Shown piece after piece: positions 1-14,069 of a stretch of 64,000 bases of DNA. A program made the translations under genes and the position numbers. A model generated the notes under the pieces. The model ran no database searches and had not been told where the DNA came from. It saw only the letters and a list, made by a program, of their open reading frames with translations. Origin of the DNA: Auanema rhodensis (Eukaryota > Animalia > Nematoda); NCBI GenBank assembly GCA_964057225.1, contig CAXKVF010000002.1, forward strand, positions 62,001 to 126,000. Reading direction: 5' to 3'. The stretch's first letter is position 1, and each line of letters begins with the position of its first letter.

Positions 1-157
1 CACAATTAGAAAACGCAATATATTGTATCGAGGAAAAACTCAAGGAAGATGCATATTTATCGTCTGTATTGCACATTTCAACACCGTGGAATGAAGTTGT
101 AATACTGTTTTTTTCATATTTTCTTAAAGAATATACAAAACCTAAATATCTTCACTT

Positions 158-326
158 GAAATGTACAACACAGTTTAAAATCGCAATATATTGTATCGAG
201 AAAAAACTCAAGGAAGATGCATATTTATCGTCTGTATTGCACATTTCAACACGGTGGAATGAAGTTGTAATATTTTTTTTTTTCATATTTTCTTAAAGAA
301 TATACAAAACCTTAGTATCTTCACTT
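158..326 (+). repeat. First complete monomer in the window (169 bp, T11 tract variant)
   Basis: gaaatgtac begins at 158 and again at 327. Confidence 0.95.
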
Positions 327-492
327 GAAATGTACAACACAATTAGAAAACGCAATATATTGTATCGAGGAAAAACTCAAGGAAGATGCATATTTATCGT
401 CTGTATTGCACATTTCAACACCGTGGAATGAAGTTGTAATACTGTTTTTTTCATATTTTCTTAAAGAATATACAAAACCTAAATATCTTCAT

Positions 493-586
493 TTGAAATG
501 TACAACACAGTTTAAAATCGCAATATATTGTATCGAGAAAAAACTCGAGGAAGATGCATATTTATCGTCTGTGTTGCACATTTCAA
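493..586. repeat. Intra-monomer imperfect inverted repeat: 18-bp arms, 58-bp spacer (example copy; present in nearly every monomer)
   Basis: Left arm ttgaaatgtacaacacag (493-510). Right arm ctgtgttgcacatttcaa (569-586), reverse complement ttgaaatgtgcaacacag, 17/18 match. Other common monomer types match 14-16/18 (e.g. 156-173 with 232-249 is 16/18). Confidence 0.9.
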
Positions 587-1331
587 CACGGTGGAATGAA
601 GTTGTAATATTTTTTTTTTCATATTTTCTTAAAGAATATACAAAACCTAAATATCTTCACTTGAAATGTACAACACAGTTTAAAATCGCAATATATTGTA
701 TCGAGGAAAAACTCAAGGAAGATGCATATTTATCGTCTGTATTGCACATTTCAATACCGTGGAATGATGTTGTAATACTGTTTTTTTCATATTTTCTTAA
801 AGAATATACAAAACCTAAATATGTTCACTTGAAATGTACAACACAATTAGAAATCGCAATATATTGTATCGAGGAAAAACTCAAGGAAGATGCATATTTA
901 TCGTCTGTATTGCACATTTCAACACGGTGGAATGAAGTTGTAATATTTTTTTTTTCATATTTTCTTAAAGAATATACAAAATCTAAATATCTTCACATGA
1001 AATGTACAACACAATTAGAAATCGCAATATATTGTATCGAGGAAAAACTCAAGGAAGATGCATATTTATCGTCTGTATTGCACATTTCAACACCGTGGAA
1101 TGATGTTGTAATACTGTTTTTTTCATATTTTCTTAAAGAATATACAAAACCTAAATATCTTCACTTGAAATGTACAACACAGTTTAAAATCGCAATATAT
1201 TGTATCGAGGAAAAACTCAAGGAAGATGCATATTTATCGTCTGTATTGCACATTTCAACACCGTGGAATGAAGTTTTAATACTGTTTTTTTCATATTTTC
1301 TTAGAGAATATACAAAACCTAAATATCTTCA

Positions 1332-1372
1332 CTTCCTTGAGTTGAAATGTACAACACAGTTCAAAATCGCAA
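1332..1372 (+). other. Variant junction: 9-bp insertion (ccttgagtt) plus 25-bp deletion, net -16 bp; 7 copies starting at 1332, 2827, 4490, 5314, 8824, 9814, 13324
   Basis: Reads cttcacttCCTTGAGTTgaaatgtacaacacagttcaaaatcgcaa|ggaagatg. The consensus is cttcacttgaaatg...atcgcaaTATATTGTATCGAGGAAAAACTCAAggaagatg. Confidence 0.95.
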
Positions 1373-4300
1373 GGAAGATGCATATTTATCGTCTGTATTG
1401 CACATTTCAACACCGTGGAATGAAGTTTTAATACTGTTTTTTTCATATTTTCTTAGAGAATATACAAAACCTAAATATCTTCACTTGAAATGTACAACAC
1501 AGTTTAAAATCGCAATATATTGTATCGAGGAAAAACTCAAGGAAGATGCATATTTATCGTCTGTATTGCACATTTCAACACGGTGGAATGAAGTTGTAAT
1601 ATTTTTTTTTCATATTTTCTTAAAGAATATACAAAACCTAAATATCTTCACATGAAATGTACAACACAATTAGAAATTGCAATATATTGTATCGAGGAAA
1701 AACTCAAGGAAGATGCATATTTATCGTCTGTATTGCACATTTCAACACCGTGGAATGAAGTTGTAATACTGTTTTTTTCATATTTTCTTAAAGAATATAC
1801 AAAATCTTAGTATCTTCACTTGAAATGTACAACACAGTTTGGAATCGCAATATATTGTATCGAGGAAAAACTCAAGGAAGATGCATATTTATCGTCTGTA
1901 TTGCACATTTCAACACCGTGGAATGAAGTTGTAATATTTTTTTTTTCATATTTTCTTAAAGAATATACAAAACCTAAATATCTTCACTTGAAATGTACAA
2001 CACAATTAGAAATCGCAATATATTGTATCGAGGAAAAACTCAAGGAAGATGCATATTTATCGTCTGTATTGCACATTTCAACACCGTGGAATGATGTTGT
2101 AATACTGTTTTTTTCATATTTTTTTAAAGAATATACAAAACCTTAGTATTTTCACTTGAAATGTACAACACAATTAGAAAACGCAATATATTGTATCGAG
2201 GAAAAACTCAAGGAAGATGCATATTTATCGTCTGTATTGCACATTTCAACACCGTGGAATGATGTTGTAATACTGTTTTTTTCATATTTTCTTAAAGAAT
2301 ATACAAAACCTAAATATGTTCACTTGAAATGTACAACACAATTAGAAATCGCAATATATTGTATCGAGGAAAAACTCAAGGAAGATGCATATTTATCGTC
2401 TGTATTGCACATTTCAACACGGTGGAATGAAGTTGTAATATTTTTTTTTTCATATTTTCTTAAAGAATATACAAAATCTAAATATCTTCACATGAAATGT
2501 ACAACACAATTAGAAATCGCAATATATTGTATCGAGGAAAAACTCAAGGAAGATGCATATTTATCGTCTGTATTGCACATTTCAACACCGTGGAATGATG
2601 TTGTAATACTGTTTTTTTCATATTTTCTTAAAGAATATACAAAACCTAAATATCTTCACTTGAAATGTACAACACAGTTTAAAATCGCAATATATTGTAT
2701 CGAGGAAAAACTCAAGGAAGATGCATATTTATCGTCTGTATTGCACATTTCAACACCGTGGAATGAAGTTTTAATACTGTTTTTTTCATATTTTCTTAGA
2801 GAATATACAAAACCTAAATATCTTCACTTCCTTGAGTTGAAATGTACAACACAGTTCAAAATCGCAAGGAAGATGCATATTTATCGTCTGTATTGCACAT
2901 TTCAACACCGTGGAATGAAGTTTTAATACTGTTTTTTTCATATTTTCTTAGAGAATATACAAAACCTAAATATCTTCACTTGAAATGTACAACACAGTTT
3001 AAAATCGCAATATATTGTATCGAGGAAAAACTCAAGGAAGATGCATATTTATCGTCTGTATTGCACATTTCAACACGGTGGAATGAAGTTGTAATATTTT
3101 TTTTTCATATTTTCTTAAAGAATATACAAAACCTAAATATCTTCACATGAAATGTACAACACAATTAGAAATTGCAATATATTGTATCGAGGAAAAACTC
3201 AAGGAAGATGCATATTTATCGTCTGTATTGCACATTTCAACACCGTGGAATGAAGTTGTAATACTGTTTTTTTCATATTTTCTTAAAGAATATACAAAAC
3301 CTAAATATCTTCACTTGAAATGTACAACACAGTTTAAAATCGCAATATATTGTATCGAGAAAAAACTCGAGGAAGATGCATATTTATCGTCTGTGTTGCA
3401 CATTTCAACACGGTGGAATGAAGTTGTAATATTTTTTTTTTCATATTTTCTTAAAGAATATACAAAACCTAAATATCTTCACTTGAAATGTACAACACAA
3501 TTAGTAATCGCAATATATTGTATCGAGGAAAAACTCAAGGAAGATGCATATTTATCGTCTGTATTGCACATTTCAACACCGTGGAATGAAGTTGTAATAC
3601 TGTTTTTTTCATATTTTCTTAAAGAATATACAAAACCTAAATATCTTCATTTGAAATGTACAACACAGTTTAAAATCGCAATATATTGTATCGAGAAAAA
3701 ACTCGAGGAAGATGCATATTTATCGTCTGTGTTGCACATTTCAACACGGTGGAATGAAGTTGTAATATTTTTTTTTTCATATTTTCTTAAAGAATATACA
3801 AAACCTAAATATCTTCACTTGAAATGTACAACACAGTTTAAAATCGCAATATATTGTATCGAGGAAAAACTCAAGGAAGATGCATATTTATCGTCTGTAT
3901 TGCACATTTCAATACCGTGGAATGATGTTGTAATACTGTTTTTTTCATATTTTCTTAAAGAATATACAAAACCTAAATATGTTCACTTGAAATGTACAAC
4001 ACAATTAGAAATCGCAATATATTGTATCGAGGAAAAACTCAAGGAAGATGCATATTTATCGTCTGTATTGCACATTTCAACACGGTGGAATGAAGTTGTA
4101 ATATTTTTTTTTTCATATTTTCTTAAAGAATATACAAAATCTAAATATCTTCACATGAAATGTACAACACAATTAGAAATCGCAATATATTGTATCGAGG
4201 AAAAACTCAAGGAAGATGCATATTTATCGTCTGTATTGCACATTTCAACACCGTGGAATGATGTTGTAATACTGTTTTTTTCATATTTTCTTAAAGAATA

Positions 4301-5001
4301 TACAAAACCTAAATATCTTCACTTGAAATGTACAACACAGTTTAAAATCGCAATATATTGTATCGAGGAAAAACTCAAGGAAGATGCATATTTATCGTCT
4401 GTATTGCACATTTCAACACCGTGGAATGAAGTTTTAATACTGTTTTTTTCATATTTTCTTAGAGAATATACAAAACCTAAATATCTTCACTTCCTTGAGT
4501 TGAAATGTACAACACAGTTCAAAATCGCAAGGAAGATGCATATTTATCGTCTGTATTGCACATTTCAACACCGTGGAATGAAGTTTTAATACTGTTTTTT
4601 TCATATTTTCTTAGAGAATATACAAAACCTAAATATCTTCACTTGAAATGTACAACACAGTTTAAAATCGCAATATATTGTATCGAGGAAAAACTCAAGG
4701 AAGATGCATATTTATCGTCTGTATTGCACATTTCAACACCGTGGAATGATGTTGTAATACTGTTTTTTTCATATTTTCTTAAAGAATATACAAAACCTAA
4801 ATATGTTCACTTGAAATGTACAACACAATTAGAAATCGCAATATATTGTATCGAGGAAAAACTCAAGGAAGATGCATATTTATCGTCTGTATTGCACATT
4901 TCAACACCGTGGAATGAAGTTGTAATATTTTTTTTTTCATATTTTCTTAAAGAATATACAAAATCTAAATATCTTCACATGAAATGTACAACACAATTAG
5001 A

Positions 5002-8000
5002 AATCGCAATATATTGTATCGAGGAAAAACTCAAGGAAGATGCATATTTATCGTCTGTATTGCACATTTCAACACCGTGGAATGATGTTGTAATACTGTT
5101 TTTTTCATATTTTCTTAAAGAATATACAAAACCTAAATATCTTCACATGAAATGTACAACACAATTAGAAATTGCAATATATTGTATCGAGGAAAAACTC
5201 AAGGAAGATGCATATTTATCGTCTGTATTGCACATTTCAACACCGTGGAATGAAGTTTTAATACTGTTTTTTTCATATTTTCTTAGAGAATATACAAAAC
5301 CTAAATATCTTCACTTCCTTGAGTTGAAATGTACAACACAGTTCAAAATCGCAAGGAAGATGCATATTTATCGTCTGTATTGCACATTTCAACACCGTGG
5401 AATGAAGTTTTAATACTGTTTTTTTCATATTTTCTTAGAGAATATACAAAACCTAAATATCTTCACTTGAAATGTACAACACAGTTTAAAATCGCAATAT
5501 ATTGTATCGAGGAAAAACTCAAGGAAGATGCATATTTATCGTCTGTATTGCACATTTCAACACGGTGGAATGAAGTTGTAATATTTTTTTTTCATATTTT
5601 CTTAAAGAATATACAAAACCTAAATATCTTCACATGAAATGTACAACACAATTAGAAATTGCAATATATTGTATCGAGGAAAAACTCAAGGAAGATGCAT
5701 ATTTATCGTCTGTATTGCACATTTCAACACCGTGGAATGAAGTTGTAATACTGTTTTTTTCATATTTTCTTAAAGAATATACAAAACCTAAATATCTTCA
5801 CTTGAAATGTACAACACAGTTTAAAATCGCAATATATTGTATCGAGAAAAAACTCGAGGAAGATGCATATTTATCGTCTGTGTTGCACATTTCAACACGG
5901 TGGAATGAAGTTGTAATATTTTTTTTTTCATATTTTCTTAAAGAATATACAAAACCTAAATATCTTCACTTGAAATGTACAACACAATTAGTAATCGCAA
6001 TATATTGTATCGAGGAAAAACTCAAGGAAGATGCATATTTATCGTCTGTATTGCACATTTGAACACCGTGATATGAAGTTGTAATACTGTTTTTTTCATA
6101 TTTTCTTAAAGAATATACAAAACCTAAATATGTTCACTTGAAATGTACAACACAATTAGAAATCGCAATATATTGTATCGAGGAAAAACTCAAGGAAGAT
6201 GCATATTTATCGTCTGTATTGCACATTTCAACACGGTGGAATGAAGTTGTAATATTTTTTTTTTCATATTTTCTTAAAGAATATACAAAACCTAAATATC
6301 TTCACATGAAATGTACAACACAATTAGAAATCGCAATATATTGTATCGAGGAAAAACTCAAGGAAGATGCATATTTATCGTCTGTATTGCACATTTCAAC
6401 ACCGTGGAATGATGTTGTAATACTGTTTTTTTCATATTTTCTTAAAGAATATACAAAACCTAAATATGTTCACTTGAAATGTACAACACAATTAGAAATC
6501 GCAATATATTGTATCGAGGAAAAACTCAAGGAAGATGCATATTTATCGTCTGTATTGCACATTTGAACACCGTGATATGAAGTTGTAATACTGTTTTTTT
6601 CATATTTTCTTAAAGAATATACAAAACCTAAATATGTTCACTTGAAATGTACAACACAATTAGAAATCGCAATATATTGTATCGAGGAAAAACTCAAGGA
6701 AGATGCATATTTATCGTCTGTATTGCACATTTCAACACGGTGGAATGAAGTTGTAATATTTTTTTTTTCATATTTTCTTAAAGAATATACAAAACCTAAA
6801 TATCTTCACATGAAATGTACAACACAATTAGAAATCGCAATATATTGTATCGAGGAAAAACTCAAGGAAGATGCATATTTATCGTCTGTATTGCACATTT
6901 CAACACCGTGGAATGATGTTGTAATACTGTTTTTTTCATATTTTCTTAAAGAATATACAAAACCTAAATATGTTCACTTGAAATGTACAACACAATTAGA
7001 AATCGCAATATATTGTATCGAGGAAAAACTCAAGGAAGATGCATATTTATCGTCTGTATTGCACATTTCAACACGGTGGAATGAAGTTGTAATATTTTTT
7101 TTTTCATATTTTCTTAAAGAATATACAAAATCTAAATATCTTCACATGAAATGTACAACACAATTAGAAATCGCAATATATTGTATCGAGGAAAAACTCA
7201 AGGAAGATGCATATTTATCGTCTGTATTGCACATTTCAACACCGTGGAATGATGTTGTAATACTGTTTTTTTCATATTTTCTTAAAGAATATACAAAACC
7301 TAAATATCTTCACTTGAAATGTACAACACAGTTTAAAATCGCAATATATTGTATCGAGGAAAAACTCAAGGAAGATGCATATTTATCGTCTGTATTGCAC
7401 ATTTCAACACGGTGGAATGAAGTTGTAATATTTTTTTTTCATATTTTCTTAAAGAATATACAAAACCTAAATATCTTCACATGAAATGTACAACACAATT
7501 AGAAATTGCAATATATTGTATCGAGGAAAAACTCAAGGAAGATGCATATTTATCGTCTGTATTGCACATTTCAACACCGTGGAATGAAGTTGTAATACTG
7601 TTTTTTTCATATTTTCTTAAAGAATATACAAAACCTAAATATCTTCACTTGAAATGTACAACACAGTTTAAAATCGCAATATATTGTATCGAGAAAAAAC
7701 TCGAGGAAGATGCATATTTATCGTCTGTGTTGCACATTTCAACACGGTGGAATGAAGTTGTAATATTTTTTTTTTCATATTTTCTTAAAGAATATACAAA
7801 ACCTAAATATCTTCACTTGAAATGTACAACACAATTAGTAATCGCAATATATTGTATCGAGGAAAAACTCAAGGAAGATGCATATTTATCGTCTGTATTG
7901 CACATTTCAACACCGTGGAATGAAGTTGTAATACTGTTTTTTTCATATTTTCTTAAAGAATATACAAAACCTAAATATCTTCATTTGAAATGTACAACAC

Positions 8001-11000
8001 AGTTTAAAATCGCAATATATTGTATCGAGAAAAAACTCGAGGAAGATGCATATTTATCGTCTGTGTTGCACATTTCAACACGGTGGAATGAAGTTGTAAT
8101 ATTTTTTTTTTCATATTTTCTTAAAGAATATACAAAACCTAAATATCTTCACTTGAAATGTACAACACAGTTTAAAATCGCAATATATTGTATCGAGGAA
8201 AAACTCAAGGAAGATGCATATTTATCGTCTGTATTGCACATTTCAATACCGTGGAATGATGTTGTAATACTGTTTTTTTCATATTTTCTTAAAGAATATA
8301 CAAAACCTAAATATGTTCACTTGAAATGTACAACACAATTAGAAATCGCAATATATTGTATCGAGGAAAAACTCAAGGAAGATGCATATTTATCGTCTGT
8401 ATTGCACATTTCAACACGGTGGAATGAAGTTGTAATATTTTTTTTTTCATATTTTCTTAAAGAATATACAAAATCTAAATATCTTCACATGAAATGTACA
8501 ACACAATTAGAAATCGCAATATATTGTATCGAGGAAAAACTCAAGGAAGATGCATATTTATCGTCTGTATTGCACATTTCAACACCGTGGAATGATGTTG
8601 TAATACTGTTTTTTTCATATTTTCTTAAAGAATATACAAAACCTAAATATCTTCACTTGAAATGTACAACACAGTTTAAAATCGCAATATATTGTATCGA
8701 GGAAAAACTCAAGGAAGATGCATATTTATCGTCTGTATTGCACATTTCAACACCGTGGAATGAAGTTTTAATACTGTTTTTTTCATATTTTCTTAGAGAA
8801 TATACAAAACCTAAATATCTTCACTTCCTTGAGTTGAAATGTACAACACAGTTCAAAATCGCAAGGAAGATGCATATTTATCGTCTGTATTGCACATTTC
8901 AACACCGTGGAATGAAGTTTTAATACTGTTTTTTTCATATTTTCTTAGAGAATATACAAAACCTAAATATCTTCACTTGAAATGTACAACACAGTTTAAA
9001 ATCGCAATATATTGTATCGAGGAAAAACTCAAGGAAGATGCATATTTATCGTCTGTATTGCACATTTCAACACGGTGGAATGAAGTTGTAATATTTTTTT
9101 TTCATATTTTCTTAAAGAATATACAAAACCTAAATATCTTCACATGAAATGTACAACACAATTAGAAATTGCAATATATTGTATCGAGGAAAAACTCAAG
9201 GAAGATGCATATTTATCGTCTGTATTGCACATTTCAACACCGTGGAATGAAGTTGTAATATTTTTTTTTCATATTTTCTTAAAGAATATACAAAACCTAA
9301 ATATCTTCACTTGAAATGTACAACACAGTTTAAAATCGCAATATATTGTATCGAGAAAAAACTCGAGGAAGATGCATATTTATCGTCTGTGTTGCACATT
9401 TCAACACGGTGGAATGAAGTTGTAATATTTTTTTTTTCATATTTTCTTAAAGAATATACAAAACCTAAATATCTTCACTTGAAATGTACAACACAATTAG
9501 TAATCGCAATATATTGTATCGAGGAAAAACTCAAGGAAGATGCATATTTATCGTCTGTATTGCACATTTCAACACCGTGGAATGATGTTGTAATACTGTT
9601 TTTTTCATATTTTCTTAAAGAATATACAAAACCTAAATATCTTCACATGAAATGTACAACACAATTAGAAATTGCAATATATTGTATCGAGGAAAAACTC
9701 AAGGAAGATGCATATTTATCGTCTGTATTGCACATTTCAACACCGTGGAATGAAGTTTTAATACTGTTTTTTTCATATTTTCTTAGAGAATATACAAAAC
9801 CTAAATATCTTCACTTCCTTGAGTTGAAATGTACAACACAGTTCAAAATCGCAAGGAAGATGCATATTTATCGTCTGTATTGCACATTTCAACACCGTGG
9901 AATGAAGTTTTAATACTGTTTTTTTCATATTTTCTTAGAGAATATACAAAACCTAAATATCTTCACTTGAAATGTACAACACAGTTTAAAATCGCAATAT
10001 ATTGTATCGAGGAAAAACTCAAGGAAGATGCATATTTATCGTCTGTATTGCACATTTCAACACGGTGGAATGAAGTTGTAATATTTTTTTTTCATATTTT
10101 CTTAAAGAATATACAAAACCTAAATATCTTCACATGAAATGTACAACACAATTAGAAATTGCAATATATTGTATCGAGGAAAAACTCAAGGAAGATGCAT
10201 ATTTATCGTCTGTATTGCACATTTCAACACCGTGGAATGAAGTTGTAATACTGTTTTTTTCATATTTTCTTAAAGAATATACAAAACCTAAATATCTTCA
10301 CTTGAAATGTACAACACAGTTTAAAATCGCAATATATTGTATCGAGAAAAAACTCGAGGAAGATGCATATTTATCGTCTGTGTTGCACATTTCAACACGG
10401 TGGAATGAAGTTGTAATATTTTTTTTTTCATATTTTCTTAAAGAATATACAAAACCTAAATATCTTCACTTGAAATGTACAACACAATTAGTAATCGCAA
10501 TATATTGTATCGAGGAAAAACTCAAGGAAGATGCATATTTATCGTCTGTATTGCACATTTGAACACCGTGATATGAAGTTGTAATACTGTTTTTTTCATA
10601 TTTTCTTAAAGAATATACAAAACCTAAATATGTTCACTTGAAATGTACAACACAATTAGAAATCGCAATATATTGTATCGAGGAAAAACTCAAGGAAGAT
10701 GCATATTTATCGTCTGTATTGCACATTTCAACACGGTGGAATGAAGTTGTAATATTTTTTTTTTCATATTTTCTTAAAGAATATACAAAACCTAAATATC
10801 TTCACATGAAATGTACAACACAATTAGAAATCGCAATATATTGTATCGAGGAAAAACTCAAGGAAGATGCATATTTATCGTCTGTATTGCACATTTCAAC
10901 ACCGTGGAATGATGTTGTAATACTGTTTTTTTCATATTTTCTTAAAGAATATACAAAACCTAAATATGTTCACTTGAAATGTACAACACAATTAGAAATC

Positions 11001-14000
11001 GCAATATATTGTATCGAGGAAAAACTCAAGGAAGATGCATATTTATCGTCTGTATTGCACATTTGAACACCGTGATATGAAGTTGTAATACTGTTTTTTT
11101 CATATTTTCTTAAAGAATATACAAAACCTAAATATGTTCACTTGAAATGTACAACACAATTAGAAATCGCAATATATTGTATCGAGGAAAAACTCAAGGA
11201 AGATGCATATTTATCGTCTGTATTGCACATTTCAACACGGTGGAATGAAGTTGTAATATTTTTTTTTTCATATTTTCTTAAAGAATATACAAAACCTAAA
11301 TATCTTCACATGAAATGTACAACACAATTAGAAATCGCAATATATTGTATCGAGGAAAAACTCAAGGAAGATGCATATTTATCGTCTGTATTGCACATTT
11401 CAACACCGTGGAATGATGTTGTAATACTGTTTTTTTCATATTTTCTTAAAGAATATACAAAACCTAAATATGTTCACTTGAAATGTACAACACAATTAGA
11501 AATCGCAATATATTGTATCGAGGAAAAACTCAAGGAAGATGCATATTTATCGTCTGTATTGCACATTTCAACACGGTGGAATGAAGTTGTAATATTTTTT
11601 TTTTCATATTTTCTTAAAGAATATACAAAATCTAAATATCTTCACATGAAATGTACAACACAATTAGAAATCGCAATATATTGTATCGAGGAAAAACTCA
11701 AGGAAGATGCATATTTATCGTCTGTATTGCACATTTCAACACCGTGGAATGATGTTGTAATACTGTTTTTTTCATATTTTCTTAAAGAATATACAAAACC
11801 TAAATATCTTCACTTGAAATGTACAACACAGTTTAAAATCGCAATATATTGTATCGAGGAAAAACTCAAGGAAGATGCATATTTATCGTCTGTATTGCAC
11901 ATTTCAACACGGTGGAATGAAGTTGTAATATTTTTTTTTCATATTTTCTTAAAGAATATACAAAACCTAAATATCTTCACATGAAATGTACAACACAATT
12001 AGAAATTGCAATATATTGTATCGAGGAAAAACTCAAGGAAGATGCATATTTATCGTCTGTATTGCACATTTCAACACCGTGGAATGAAGTTGTAATACTG
12101 TTTTTTTCATATTTTCTTAAAGAATATACAAAACCTAAATATCTTCACTTGAAATGTACAACACAGTTTAAAATCGCAATATATTGTATCGAGAAAAAAC
12201 TCGAGGAAGATGCATATTTATCGTCTGTGTTGCACATTTCAACACGGTGGAATGAAGTTGTAATATTTTTTTTTTCATATTTTCTTAAAGAATATACAAA
12301 ACCTAAATATCTTCACTTGAAATGTACAACACAATTAGTAATCGCAATATATTGTATCGAGGAAAAACTCAAGGAAGATGCATATTTATCGTCTGTATTG
12401 CACATTTCAACACCGTGGAATGAAGTTGTAATACTGTTTTTTTCATATTTTCTTAAAGAATATACAAAACCTAAATATCTTCATTTGAAATGTACAACAC
12501 AGTTTAAAATCGCAATATATTGTATCGAGAAAAAACTCGAGGAAGATGCATATTTATCGTCTGTGTTGCACATTTCAACACGGTGGAATGAAGTTGTAAT
12601 ATTTTTTTTTTCATATTTTCTTAAAGAATATACAAAACCTAAATATCTTCACTTGAAATGTACAACACAGTTTAAAATCGCAATATATTGTATCGAGGAA
12701 AAACTCAAGGAAGATGCATATTTATCGTCTGTATTGCACATTTCAATACCGTGGAATGATGTTGTAATACTGTTTTTTTCATATTTTCTTAAAGAATATA
12801 CAAAACCTAAATATGTTCACTTGAAATGTACAACACAATTAGAAATCGCAATATATTGTATCGAGGAAAAACTCAAGGAAGATGCATATTTATCGTCTGT
12901 ATTGCACATTTCAACACGGTGGAATGAAGTTGTAATATTTTTTTTTTCATATTTTCTTAAAGAATATACAAAATCTAAATATCTTCACATGAAATGTACA
13001 ACACAATTAGAAATCGCAATATATTGTATCGAGGAAAAACTCAAGGAAGATGCATATTTATCGTCTGTATTGCACATTTCAACACCGTGGAATGATGTTG
13101 TAATACTGTTTTTTTCATATTTTCTTAAAGAATATACAAAACCTAAATATCTTCACTTGAAATGTACAACACAGTTTAAAATCGCAATATATTGTATCGA
13201 GGAAAAACTCAAGGAAGATGCATATTTATCGTCTGTATTGCACATTTCAACACCGTGGAATGAAGTTTTAATACTGTTTTTTTCATATTTTCTTAGAGAA
13301 TATACAAAACCTAAATATCTTCACTTCCTTGAGTTGAAATGTACAACACAGTTCAAAATCGCAAGGAAGATGCATATTTATCGTCTGTATTGCACATTTC
13401 AACACCGTGGAATGAAGTTTTAATACTGTTTTTTTCATATTTTCTTAGAGAATATACAAAACCTAAATATCTTCACTTGAAATGTACAACACAGTTTAAA
13501 ATCGCAATATATTGTATCGAGGAAAAACTCAAGGAAGATGCATATTTATCGTCTGTATTGCACATTTCAACACGGTGGAATGAAGTTGTAATATTTTTTT
13601 TTCATATTTTCTTAAAGAATATACAAAACCTAAATATCTTCACATGAAATGTACAACACAATTAGAAATTGCAATATATTGTATCGAGGAAAAACTCAAG
13701 GAAGATGCATATTTATCGTCTGTATTGCACATTTCAACACCGTGGAATGAAGTTGTAATATTTTTTTTTCATATTTTCTTAAAGAATATACAAAACCTAA
13801 ATATCTTCACTTGAAATGTACAACACAGTTTAAAATCGCAATATATTGTATCGAGAAAAAACTCGAGGAAGATGCATATTTATCGTCTGTGTTGCACATT
13901 TCAACACGGTGGAATGAAGTTGTAATATTTTTTTTTTCATATTTTCTTAAAGAATATACAAAACCTAAATATCTTCACTTGAAATGTACAACACAATTAG

Positions 14001-14069
14001 TAATCGCAATATATTGTATCGAGGAAAAACTCAAGGAAGATGCATATTTATCGTCTGTATTGCACATTT
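5002..14069 (+). repeat. Tandem duplication with a 4,500-bp (27-monomer) period: 5002-9569 matches 9502-14069
   Basis: ORFs 5329/9829, 5634/10134, 6138/10638, 6642/11142, 7481/11981, 8839/13339 and 9311/13811 are all offset by exactly 4500. First flanking mismatches are at 5001/9501 and 9570/14070. 27x168 - 2x16 - 4 single-T losses = 4500. Confidence 0.92.

Noticed and set aside
272-283. Poly-T length variation (T9-T11) as pure sequencing error or as Rho-independent or Pol III terminators
   Set aside because: Many lengths are reproduced in duplicated blocks, so they are largely real, though singletons may be errors. There is no GC-rich stem or recognisable Pol III gene upstream.
158-326. tRNA, 5S rRNA, snRNA, spliced-leader or hammerhead tandem gene unit
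   Set aside because: I recognise no cloverleaf, A/B boxes, 5S-like sequence or CUGANGA core on either strand, and GC content is low. An Rfam cmscan would settle it.
531-550. CENP-B box
   Set aside because: I found no match to the TTCG-NNNN-A-NN-CGGG core on either strand. atcgagaaaaaactcgagg is only superficially similar.
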